Positions 27,588 to 35,612 of a stretch of DNA of 59,713 bases are shown piece after piece (within the stretch, counting starts at the first letter, position 1; each line of letters starts with the position of its first letter). The stretch is taken from NCBI GenBank assembly GCA_035474935.1, contig DATIMX010000319.1, positions 1 to 59,713 of the forward strand, in the 5' to 3' direction. The position numbers and the translations under genes are program-made. The stretch is from Geodermatophilus sp. Its GTDB lineage: Bacteria > Actinomycetota > Actinomycetes > Mycobacteriales > Geodermatophilaceae. The notes below the pieces were generated by a model that worked only from the letters and a program-made list of their open reading frames with translations, was not told where the DNA came from and did no database searches.

Positions 27588-28946
27588 TCAGAGACCGGCG
27601 AGGTGCCGGATTCCGGTGGTGCTGGGCAGGAAGACGTAGGCGCAGCCGCGGGTGGTGACCAGCCGCGGCAGGTCGGTCAGCTCCGCCCTGCCCCCGGAGG
27701 CGCGGAACCGGAAGGTGCCGCCCGCGCCCTGCCCGGCGCCGGTGCCGAGGAACGGGTCCTGCGTGCGGCCCAGCCCGGGCGCGAAGAGCCCGTCGTGCGC
27801 CCACTCGGCCATGAGGAACTCGAACTGGTCCCGCAGGCTGGCGCCGATGAACAGGCCGACGACTCCCCGCTCCTGCCCGTCGCGCGGCCGGGCCGGGTCG
27901 TAGGGCGGGCCGTAGGTCAGTCCGCGCCGGACGATGCGGTGCTTGGCGCCCCCGTTGCCGGCGACCCGGGAGTTCCGCGGGTGCATCCGCCGGACGTGCG
28001 CGCCGATCGGGCAGCGCTCGCCGCGTTCGTCGTCGGCGTAGTCGAAGTCGTTGAGCGCCTCGGGCGGCAGCCGGGAGTCGGTGTCGGGGGAGAGGACCAG
28101 CGGCGTCCCGCTCCGCCACCGCCCGCACAGCTTCGCGGCGACCAGCTCGGGGGACATGCCGGTGCGCTGCGACTGCTCGGCCAGCAGCGCGCAGAAGGCG
28201 TCGACGTCCTGGGCCATGACCCGGAACGCCGCGAAGCTGCCGTTGCGGCCGAGGGCCGGCGGGTCCGGCACGGGGTAGCTGTGGGCGGTGAACTGGCTGG
28301 GGTGGCCGAGCAGGAAGGCCCCGGTCGGCTGGACCGGCAGGCGGTCCGGTGGGCCCGGCGGCGGGGCGGGGGCGACGGTCGGCTGGGAGATGCCGTCCAC
28401 GTACCCGAAGTGGTCGGTCCGGTTGGGTAGCAGGTCGGCGTCCACGCGGTCGAGCTCGGTGAGCCCGGGCGCGGTCCCGGCCAGGAGGGCGTCGGTGGCT
28501 CGCTCCCGAGCCTCCGGCGACACGGCGGACAGCGAGAGGAGCAGGTGGAAGCCCGGCCCGGTGAAGACCGGCCGCCAGTGCGCGGGGTCGCACGGCCCGA
28601 CGTCGCCCACGACGCCGGCGCGGGCGACGGCGCCCTGGTTGAACTCGGCGGGGAAGCCGGCCAGCGACGCCCCCAGCACGTCGAGCCCCTCCGCGGTGAC
28701 CGCCACGTTGAGGCAGGAGTCGGGCCGGACCTCCCACGCGGTCGCCGTGGTGACCTGCGGCCGGCCGGGCGTGCCGTCGACCACCGAGCCCAGCAGCGCC
28801 CGCGCGGCCGGCACCGAGTCGATGCGCACCAGCAGGTGGCGCGCGTGGGCCATGGTGTAGCCGCGGACGACCAGCCCCTGCACGTCGGCCAGGTCCAGCA
28901 CGTCGGCGTCCCCCGGGGCGCTGCGGTCAGCCGGCGTCGTCAGCAC
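27588..28946 (-). CDS. Dyp-type peroxidase
   Basis: ADVQGLVVRGY, HFGYVDGISQP (GxxDG), CPIGAHVRRMHPR, RIVRRGLTYG and QFEFL. Confidence 0.92.
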   Translation of the reverse strand: MLTTPADRSAPGDADVLDLADVQGLVVRGYTMAHARHLLVRIDSVPAARALLGSVVDGTPGRPQVTTATAWEVRPDSCLNVAVTAEGLDVLGASLAGFPAEFNQGAVARAGVVGDVGPCDPAHWRPVFTGPGFHLLLSLSAVSPEARERATDALLAGTAPGLTELDRVDADLLPNRTDHFGYVDGISQPTVAPAPPPGPPDRLPVQPTGAFLLGHPSQFTAHSYPVPDPPALGRNGSFAAFRVMAQDVDAFCALLAEQSQRTGMSPELVAAKLCGRWRSGTPLVLSPDTDSRLPPEALNDFDYADDERGERCPIGAHVRRMHPRNSRVAGNGGAKHRIVRRGLTYGPPYDPARPRDGQERGVVGLFIGASLRDQFEFLMAEWAHDGLFAPGLGRTQDPFLGTGAGQGAGGTFRFRASGGRAELTDLPRLVTTRGCAYVFLPSTTGIRHLAGL

Positions 28947-29376
28947 GGATGTCCAGGACCGGCCTGGTGGGGTAGGCGCTGTAGAAGGTACCGACGCACC
29001 CCAGGTCGTGCCGGTTCACGTAGGCGAGGAACTCCTCGGGGTGCTGCTGCACCGGCAGCGGCGGCGGGTCGACCATGTGCCGCAGGAGCATGTCGAACAC
29101 CGGCCCGATGTGGTCGACGAAGTCCATGATGTAGCGCTCGAAGTCGCCGTCGTACGTGGTGATCACGGCCAGCCGCTCGTCGTCGAGGAAGACGAACCGG
29201 GCGAAGTGCACGGTGCCGATCGCGTCGAGCGCGGTGATCACCGGGTTCTGCTCCCGCGGCAGCGCCTGCAGCCGGTCGACCTCCGCCCGCAGCGCCTCGC
29301 GGGCCTCGGGTCGGACCGGCATGACCAGCGTCAGCGGCTTCTGCACGGTCGTCCCGGTCGTGGTTCCCCCGGTCAT
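28927..29376 (-). CDS. Conserved hypothetical DyP-associated protein
   Basis: IGTVHFARFVFLDDERLAVITTYDGDFERYIMDF. GAGGAGG RBS, overlaps the DyP start. Confidence 0.8.
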   Translation of the reverse strand: MTGGTTTGTTVQKPLTLVMPVRPEAREALRAEVDRLQALPREQNPVITALDAIGTVHFARFVFLDDERLAVITTYDGDFERYIMDFVDHIGPVFDMLLRHMVDPPPLPVQQHPEEFLAYVNRHDLGCVGTFYSAYPTRPVLDIRADDAG

Positions 29377-29425
29377 GGACGGACCTCCTCGTCCCGCGGA
29401 CGGCGAGGTGCCGCCCGGACCAGCG

Positions 29426-29468
29426 ACGATGCGGGAGTGGCGTCACCGCCGCGTCACGTCCGCGTCAC
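29426..29468 (-). promoter_or_regulatory. SARP-dependent promoter of the DyP operon
   Basis: GTGACGC x3 on the minus strand (plus-strand GCGTCAC at 29440, 29451, 29462; exact 11-bp period), then 8 nt, then -10 CATCGT. Confidence 0.75.
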
Positions 29469-29480
29469 CGCTCCCCGGCC

Positions 29481-29510
29481 GTATCAGCGGGGTCGCCGGC
29501 GTCCTCTGTC
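29481..29510 (+). promoter_or_regulatory. Putative ECF promoter GTATC-N18-CTCTGTC (SARP gene)
   Basis: One of five copies in 29.4-33.8 kb, each pointing into a gene start. Confidence 0.65.
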
Positions 29511-29537
29511 GGTCGGGCACCGCCGGAGGGGGACTGC

Positions 29538-30260
29538 ATGGACGCGCGCATCGACCTGCTGGACGGCTTCACCCTGGTCCTGGACGGGGGGCGACCGACC
29601 GGGCGGGACGCCGTCCCCCGTGCGGTGCAGCGGCTGGTCGCCTCCGTCTGCCTCGCCGGCCGGCCCGGCCGGGCGGCGGTCGCCGGGCAGCTGTGGGGCG
29701 AGGTCCCGGAGGAGCAGGCGCAGGCGAGCCTGCGGTCGGCGCTGTGGCGGCTGCACCGGGTGGCGCCGGGACTGCTCGACACCGCCGGGGGCGCGCTCGC
29801 GCTCGCCCCGGGTGTGGGCGTCGACGTCCGTGACCTGGCCGCCTGGGCGATCCGGACCCGGGACCCGCGCACCGACCTCGACGACCTGGAGCTGCCACCC
29901 GCGGACCTGCTCGGCGACCTGCTGCCCGGCTGGCACGACGACTGGGTGCTCGTCGAGCGTGAGCGGCTGCGGCAGCTGCGGCTGTACGCGCTGGAGACCC
30001 TCGCCGCACGGCTGGCCGCGGCCGGCCGCCCCGGCGACGCGGTGGCGGCCGCCCACTTCGCCGTGCGCGGTGAGCCGCTGCGGGAGAGCGCGTACCGCCT
30101 CCTCGTGCGGGTCCACCTGGCCGAGGGCGACGTGGCCGCCGCCGTCTCCACCTACCGGCAGTTCCGCACGCGGCTGCGCGACGAGCTCGGCATCGACCCG
30201 ACCGACCAGCTGACCCGCCTGGTCGCCCACCTCGGCGAGGGACGGCGCCTGGCCTCCTGA
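29538..30260 (+). CDS. SARP/AfsR-type activator (wHTH + BTAD)
   Basis: IDLLDGF, QLWGE, ASLRSALWRL, DLLPGWHDDWV, ERERLRQLRL and EPLRESA. Confidence 0.92.
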   Translation: MDARIDLLDGFTLVLDGGRPTGRDAVPRAVQRLVASVCLAGRPGRAAVAGQLWGEVPEEQAQASLRSALWRLHRVAPGLLDTAGGALALAPGVGVDVRDLAAWAIRTRDPRTDLDDLELPPADLLGDLLPGWHDDWVLVERERLRQLRLYALETLAARLAAAGRPGDAVAAAHFAVRGEPLRESAYRLLVRVHLAEGDVAAAVSTYRQFRTRLRDELGIDPTDQLTRLVAHLGEGRRLAS

Positions 30261-30292
30261 GCGCCTGGCCTCCTGAGCGCCTGGCCTCCTGA
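30245..30292 (+). repeat. 16-bp tandem repeat, 3 copies, spanning the SARP stop
   Basis: gcgcctggcctcctga at 30245, 30261 and 30277. Confidence 0.95.
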
Positions 30293-30311
30293 GGAAGCAC
30301 CGAGGAGCGGT

Positions 30312-30341
30312 GTATCAGCCGAACCTGCCGGGTGCTCTGTC
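30312..30341 (+). promoter_or_regulatory. Putative ECF promoter GTATC-N18-CTCTGTC
   Basis: Upstream of the ORF at 30416. Confidence 0.65.
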
Positions 30342-30415
30342 CGACGTGGGCCCGGCCACGGTGTCGAGGGGGGTGGCCGGGCCCGCGCTCCCGCCGAGAG
30401 CCCCGGAGGCCGTCC

Positions 30416-30865
30416 ATGACCACGCAGCCACCCGGTCCCGCAGACCCGCGCTGCGACGTCCCGTACGGGGAGCTGCTCAGCGGGCTGCGCCGCCTCATCC
30501 GGACCGAGGGCCGGCGCTACCTCGACGACCCGAACATCACCTCCATCGGCCTCGGTCACCGGGTCGTCGGGGGCCGCCGGACCGGCGAGCTGGTGGTGCA
30601 GTTCACCGTGGAGGAGAAGCGCGCCGAGCCGGAGGCCCTGGCCGCACTGGGGACCACCCCCGTGCCGGAGGCGGTCACGGTCGCCGGCGTACGCGTGCCG
30701 ACCGACGTGCTGGAGCGCCGCTCGCAACCGGCCCTCATCCACCCGTCCACCCCGGTTCCCGGCGAGCGTCCGGGCCCCGTCGAGGTCGCCGCCGGACGGA
30801 CCCCGCACCCCGTGGCGCCCGGCGGGACCCCCGGCCCGGTGAGGAGGGTCCGTGCTGTGCGGTGA
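30416..30865 (+). CDS. Hypothetical protein resembling the N-terminal pro-region of trypsin-like protease/endonuclease fusions
   Basis: YLDDPNITSIGLGHRVVGGRRTGELVVQFTVEEK...VPTDVLER. GGAGG precedes the ATG. Confidence 0.65.
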   Translation: MTTQPPGPADPRCDVPYGELLSGLRRLIRTEGRRYLDDPNITSIGLGHRVVGGRRTGELVVQFTVEEKRAEPEALAALGTTPVPEAVTVAGVRVPTDVLERRSQPALIHPSTPVPGERPGPVEVAAGRTPHPVAPGGTPGPVRRVRAVR

Positions 30866-31069
30866 TGGCACCGTGCTGTGACGGCACCCGGGACACCGCC
30901 CGGCCGGCGCCGCCGGACCCGGCCGTGCCCGGTGGACGGGGGCACCCCGCGGACGACGCCGGTCCCGGTCGACCGGTCACCGGCCGACGTGCGCGGGACG
31001 TCGTCCTGAGCGGGGCCGTCAGGCGCGGACGGCGTCGCGCGCAGGCCCCACCCGATCACGGTCGTCCCG

Positions 31070-31098
31070 GTATCTCCCGGCCCCACGCGTCCTCTGTC
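31070..31098 (+). promoter_or_regulatory. Putative ECF autoregulatory promoter GTATC-N17-CTCTGTC
   Basis: Upstream of ECF sigma 2. Confidence 0.7.
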
Positions 31099-31165
31099 GG
31101 GGGAGAACCGGTCAACACCCCGCTGCGGGACGCTCTGCGCCCCTCGATGGCAGGAGGTGGCACGC

Positions 31166-31798
31166 ATGCTCGTTGACGACGACGTCCCCCAACTGGTCAC
31201 GGCCGCGTCGCGCGGTGACCAGGGGGCGTGGAACGCCATCGTCGACCGGTACCTGCCGCTCGTGTACTCGGTGACGCGCGCCTACCGGCTATCCCGGAGT
31301 GACGCCGAGGACGTCAACCAGACGGTGTGGCTGCGCCTGGTGGAACACCTCGACCACCTCCGCGAGCCGCGCGCCCTCCCCAAGTGGATCCTGACGACGG
31401 CCCGGCACGAGTGCAGCCGCCTGACCAGGGCCGGCCGCCGCGAACAGCCCGTCGACCCGCTGACCGACCGCGCCCTCGGCGGCGCGGTCGGCGACGAGGT
31501 GGTGGAGGCCGACCTCCTCCGGGCCGAGCGGCAGCAGTCGTTGCGGGACGGCCTCGCGCAGCTGCGCCCCGCGGACCGCCGACTGCTGGTGCTCCTGGCG
31601 GAGGACCCGCCGCGGAGCTACCGCGAGATCTCCGAGCTCACGGGTATGCCGATCGGCAGCATCGGCCCGACCCGGGCCCGGTGCCTCGAGCGGCTGCGAG
31701 AGACCCCTGCCGTGCGCGCCCTGCTCGCGGGAGAGTCTGCGGCAGCCCACACGAGAGGTGACCGTGATGAGCGCGCACCCACGCCCCAACGGCGATGA
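31166..31798 (+). CDS. ECF RNA polymerase sigma factor 2
   Basis: GDQGAWNAIVDRY, AEDVNQTVWLRLVEHL and SYREISELTGMPIGSIGPTRARCL. AGGAGG lies 8 nt before ATG 31166. Confidence 0.93.
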   Translation: MLVDDDVPQLVTAASRGDQGAWNAIVDRYLPLVYSVTRAYRLSRSDAEDVNQTVWLRLVEHLDHLREPRALPKWILTTARHECSRLTRAGRREQPVDPLTDRALGGAVGDEVVEADLLRAERQQSLRDGLAQLRPADRRLLVLLAEDPPRSYREISELTGMPIGSIGPTRARCLERLRETPAVRALLAGESAAAHTRGDRDERAPTPQRR

Positions 31799-32231
31799 CC
31801 CACTGCTCGCCGAGCTGGCGGAGGCGTGGAGCGCGGCACGGGCCGTACCCGAGAGCATGCGGGTGGCGGCCCGTGCGGCGTTCGCCTGGAGGACCGTGGG
31901 AGAGGGGCTCGAGCTCCTGGTCCTCGCGCACGACTCGGCGCTCGTGACCGACGCGGGCGACGTCCGCGCCGCTCCCTCGGACGGCCCGCGCGAGCTGACG
32001 TTCCGGGGCGCCGCGCTGTCCGTGGAGCTCGAGGTGGGCGCGGACGTCCTGGGCCGGCTCGTCCCGCCGCGGCCCGGCCGGGTGACCCTGGCCGGCACCC
32101 ACGGGGTCCTCGCCGAGGCCGATGCCGACGCGCTGGGCTGCTTCCGGTTGACCCGGCCGGACTGTGGGCCGGTCCGGGTGGTGTGCCGGACCGACGACGC
32201 GGCCGTCTCCACCGGGTGGATCCGGCTGTAG
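31767..32231 (+). CDS. Putative soluble anti-sigma factor 1
   Basis: Overlaps the sigma 3' end. DDPLLAELA...ARAAFAWRT...HDS...VRA...RELTF...VELEV...DALGCF...TGW. Confidence 0.7.
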   Translation: MSAHPRPNGDDPLLAELAEAWSAARAVPESMRVAARAAFAWRTVGEGLELLVLAHDSALVTDAGDVRAAPSDGPRELTFRGAALSVELEVGADVLGRLVPPRPGRVTLAGTHGVLAEADADALGCFRLTRPDCGPVRVVCRTDDAAVSTGWIRL

Positions 32232-32401
32232 CGGCGACCGGGACCGGCCCCCCGACCGGCGCCGGGAGGGCGGCCGGGACGCCCGCCGCCGCGGTGGGGC
32301 GGTGCGTCAGGAGGTGGGACCGGCGGGCGTGCACCGGGCGGAGGAGGCACTGCGGCCGGCCGAGGCCGACCCCGGCCGGGCCGTGGTCGTGGCGGGCCCG
32401 G

Positions 32402-32884
32402 TCACCCCCGCGCCCCCTCCAGCCCGAGGCCGACCCAGGCGGTGACCACGCGGGCGCCCGCGTCCGTGCGCAGGTGCAGGCGGAAGCACCCGCGGGGGGC
32501 GGACCGGAAGGCGAAGCACCCCAGGGCGTCGATCTCCGCGGACGCCCGGTCGCCGTCCATCGTCTGCAGCTGCACCCGTCCCGGCCCCGGCGGGGCCACC
32601 CGCCCGAGCAGGCGCTCCGCGCCGAGCTCCACCTCCACGGTGAGATCGGCGGCGACGAAGGTCAGGTGCCGGAGCTCGGCCACGTCCTCCCGGCCCGTCC
32701 GGCGGGTCCGCGGGACGGTGGCGCAGTCGCGGGCGAGGGTCGCCGGCTCGGCGTCCAGCGCGCGCCAGTCGTAGGCCGCCCGGGCTGCCACGCGGAACTG
32801 CGGCGGGACCTCCCGTGCGGCGAGTACGGCCTCGGCCAGGGCCCGCTCCAGCCCCGCATCGTCTCGCGTCCACCCTCCGCGCAC
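32402..32884 (-). CDS. Putative anti-sigma factor 2 (paralog of 31767-32231)
   Basis: ARAAYDWRALDAE...RHLTFVAADLTVEVEL...LLGRVAPP...DALGCF...TAW aligns by eye with the neighbouring paralog. Confidence 0.7.
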   Translation of the reverse strand: MRGGWTRDDAGLERALAEAVLAAREVPPQFRVAARAAYDWRALDAEPATLARDCATVPRTRRTGREDVAELRHLTFVAADLTVEVELGAERLLGRVAPPGPGRVQLQTMDGDRASAEIDALGCFAFRSAPRGCFRLHLRTDAGARVVTAWVGLGLEGARG

Positions 32885-32938
32885 GTCTCTCAGCTCCTCG
32901 TCCGCTCGCTCCGGTCGCGGTCGCCGACGTCCCCTCCC

Positions 32939-33103
32939 TCACGGTCGGTGTGCGTGGACGTCGTGGCCGTCCCCGTGGCGGCGGGATCTGATCCGGCCGA
33001 GCGCCCGCCATGCCGTCGCGCCCTTCTCCTGGGCCACCCGGGCGACCACGACCTGCTCGCGGTCGAACCGCTCGCCCCGCCGGACTCCTGCGCTCGAGGT
33101 CAT
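32939..33103 (-). CDS. 54-aa hypothetical protein (possible sigma N-terminal remnant)
   Basis: GGGAGG RBS and ATG at 33103, downstream of GTATC-N17-CTC (33162-33138). Confidence 0.4.
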   Translation of the reverse strand: MTSSAGVRRGERFDREQVVVARVAQEKGATAWRALGRIRSRRHGDGHDVHAHRP

Positions 33104-33209
33104 CTCGTCCTCCCTGGTCGCCGCTCGTGCCCATCCGGAGCGGACACGGGGCGCCGTGATACGAGGCGCTCCGGCGCGGTCGGCTCCAGGGGGCCGGCGG
33201 CCGTCCCGC

Positions 33210-33464
33210 TCAGGGCACCGGCCGCCCGGCGTGGCAGGTCTCGAGGTACAGGTCGAGGACGACGTCGACCCGGGCCGACCACTCCTCGACGGCCGCCCGG
33301 TGCTCGCGGCTGTCCCGATCGCGCCGGTGCAGCCGGGCCCGGGTGAGCTCCGCGCAGGCGGAGGCGAAGTCGGCACCGAGCTGTTCGACGAGGCTGCCGA
33401 GGACGACCGGCGGGGACGTCTGCACCGGGTGGTGCACGGAGGCCTCCGGCCCGGTGCCCGTCAC
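33210..33464 (-). CDS. Small helical hypothetical protein
   Basis: FASACAELTRARLHRRDRDSREHRAAVEEWSARVDVVLDLYLE. GTGA coupling to the upstream microprotein. Confidence 0.7.
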   Translation of the reverse strand: MTGTGPEASVHHPVQTSPPVVLGSLVEQLGADFASACAELTRARLHRRDRDSREHRAAVEEWSARVDVVLDLYLETCHAGRPVP

Positions 33465-33601
33465 GGGTGCACCCGGCGGAGGTCGGCCCGGACGCTGCTC
33501 GGCAATGCGGCCTGCTGGGCCTCGGCCAGGGCCGGGGCCGGTTGCTCCTCGGGGTCGAGCGCCGCCAGCGGCCGCGGCGGCAGGAGCAGTCGATCGTGCA
33601 C
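33461..33601 (-). CDS. 46-aa microprotein
   Basis: GAGGAGG precedes GTG 33601, its stop overlaps the next start, and it lies downstream of GTATC-N17-CTC (33724-33700). Confidence 0.5.
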   Translation of the reverse strand: MHDRLLLPPRPLAALDPEEQPAPALAEAQQAALPSSVRADLRRVHP

Positions 33602-33791
33602 CGTGCGCCTCCTCTCGGGCCCCGGCCGGCGGGGACGTCGCCGCCCGGCAGTCCTGTCGGCCCCGCCCCCATCCGGGGCGCGTCGGCCGGTACCCACCTG
33701 AGGAGCGGCCGGCCCGCCAGATACCTCGCCGGCGCGGGATCGGCGTCCGGGTCGGCGCCGCGGTGCGGCCCCGGCAGGAGGCGACCGCGGG

Positions 33792-34127
33792 TCAGGCGCT
33801 GAGGTGGGTGCGCTGCTGCAGGCGCAGCCGGCGGCGCTCGCGCTCGGAGAGGCCGCCCCAGATGCCGAAGCGCTCGTCGTTGGCCAGCGCGAACTCCAGG
33901 CACTCGGCCCGCACCGTGCAGCCGCTGCACACCCGCTTGGCGTCGCGGGTCGAGCCACCCTTCTCCGGGAAGAACGCCTCCGGGTCGGTCTCCGCGCACA
34001 GCGCCTCCAGCCGCCACGACGCGTCACCCACGGGGGACAGGTCCGTCCACGGCGAGGCGGCAGGGGTGGCGGCGGTGTCGGACCAGCCGGAGACCAGGGA
34101 CAGGTGCGGGCGGGAGAACGTGGACAC
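33792..34127 (-). CDS. whiB: WhiB family regulator (WhiB2/WhmD-like)
   Basis: ALCAETDPEAFFPEKGGSTRDAKRVCSGCTVRAECLEFALANDERFGIWGGLSERERR. GAGGAG RBS. Confidence 0.95.
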   Translation of the reverse strand: MSTFSRPHLSLVSGWSDTAATPAASPWTDLSPVGDASWRLEALCAETDPEAFFPEKGGSTRDAKRVCSGCTVRAECLEFALANDERFGIWGGLSERERRRLRLQQRTHLSA

Positions 34128-34382
34128 GGCGGGCTCCTCGGGGAAGGGGGAGTCGGATGGATGAGTGACGGACCGGTACGGCCTCGTTGCTGTACGTGAC
34201 GTTACGGAATGCGGAGCCCTGGAGGCACTGGCAGAAATGGGCCGAAAACGCACCTCCGTTCTGGCGGCATCTGTCGGTGCCCGCGCCGTCCGGCGCGTCG
34301 TCCTCGTGCACCAGTGCCGGTCGTCCCTGGTGGTCGTTGCGGGATGAGAGGACCCTGGGACCCCTCCTGGGAGGTGACCCGC

Positions 34383-35570
34383 ATGACGACCACCCGACCC
34401 ACGTTCGACGAGTTCGTGGCCTGGCTGGAGGCCGGCCGGGACCAGGGTCAGGTCCACTTCGACGAGCACCAGCAGTGCTGGCACGTGCTCGGCCACCCGG
34501 AGGCGAGCACCGTGCTCTCCGACCCGGCGGTGTTCTCCTCCGACCTGACCTCGCTGCAGCCGGCCCAGGACGACTTCGCGCTCTTCCAGCGCGGCAACCT
34601 CGTCCGGATGGACCCGCCGCGGCACCGGACGCTGCGCGCCCTGGTCAGCCAGGCGTTCACCCCGCGCGTCGTGGCCGACCTCGAGCCGCGGATCGCCGCA
34701 CTGACCACCGAGCTGCTGGACGAGGCCGGCGAGCGCTTCGACCTGGTCGACGCACTGGCCTACCCCCTGCCGGTCATCGTGATCGCCGACCTGCTCGGCG
34801 TCCCGACCTCCGACCGGGCGCTCTTCCGCCGGTGGGCCGACGTGCTGCTCGGCCAGGAGATCGACCCCGACCAGTCGCTGGTCGAGGCCGGGGAGCAGGC
34901 GGTGAGCGCCGTCGCGCCCGTCATCCGGGAGATGAACGAGTACTTCCTCGCCCACATCCGGTCCCGGCGGCGGCGCCCGGGCAGCGACCTGACCAGCCGC
35001 CTGGTGCAGGCCGAGGTCGACGGCGAGCGGCTGGCCTACGAGGAGATCGTCGGCTTCGTCGGCCTGCTGCTCATCGCCGGCCACATCACCACCACCGCGA
35101 CGCTGGGCAACGCCGTGCTGGCCTTCTCCGACGAGCCCGAGGCCGCCGCCGCGGTGCGCGCCGACCTGGCCCTGCTGCCGGCCGCGATCGAGGAGGTGCT
35201 GCGGCTGCGGACGCCGTTCCCGCGCCTGGCCCGGCTCACCACCACCGAGGCGTGGGTGGGCGACGCGCGCATCCCGGCCGGGCAGGTCGTGCTGCCCTGG
35301 CTGGCCGCGGCCAACCGGGACGGGCGGGTCTTCGCCGAGCCGCAGCGCTTCGACCTGCACCGCCGGCCCAACCCGCACCTGACCTTCGGGCACGGCGTCC
35401 ACTTCTGCCTCGGCGCGCCGCTGGCCCGGCTCGAGGCCAGGGTGGCGCTGCGCCTGCTGTTCGAGCGCTACCGCGACATCGAGGTCGCCGCCGACGAGCC
35501 GGTCGAGCACCGCAACCCGTGGACGATGGTCGCCGTCACCCGGCTGCCGCTCGTCGTCCGTCCCGCCTGA
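34383..35570 (+). CDS. Cytochrome P450
   Basis: MDPPRHRTLR, AGHITTT, EEVLR (ExxR) and heme motif FGHGVHFCLG. Confidence 0.96.
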   Translation: MTTTRPTFDEFVAWLEAGRDQGQVHFDEHQQCWHVLGHPEASTVLSDPAVFSSDLTSLQPAQDDFALFQRGNLVRMDPPRHRTLRALVSQAFTPRVVADLEPRIAALTTELLDEAGERFDLVDALAYPLPVIVIADLLGVPTSDRALFRRWADVLLGQEIDPDQSLVEAGEQAVSAVAPVIREMNEYFLAHIRSRRRRPGSDLTSRLVQAEVDGERLAYEEIVGFVGLLLIAGHITTTATLGNAVLAFSDEPEAAAAVRADLALLPAAIEEVLRLRTPFPRLARLTTTEAWVGDARIPAGQVVLPWLAAANRDGRVFAEPQRFDLHRRPNPHLTFGHGVHFCLGAPLARLEARVALRLLFERYRDIEVAADEPVEHRNPWTMVAVTRLPLVVRPA

Positions 35571-35612
35571 CGCGGCGGGTGCCCTCCGGACGCCGCCCGG
35601 CCCGCGCCTCGA

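Noticed and set aside
30245-30292. Short repeats here and at 17879-17960 as a CRISPR array
   Set aside because: They are head-to-tail with no spacers, and there are no cas genes.
34166-34190. GCAAC-N15-CGTC ECF-like promoter upstream of whiB
   Set aside because: The spacing is shorter than typical and it occurs only once.
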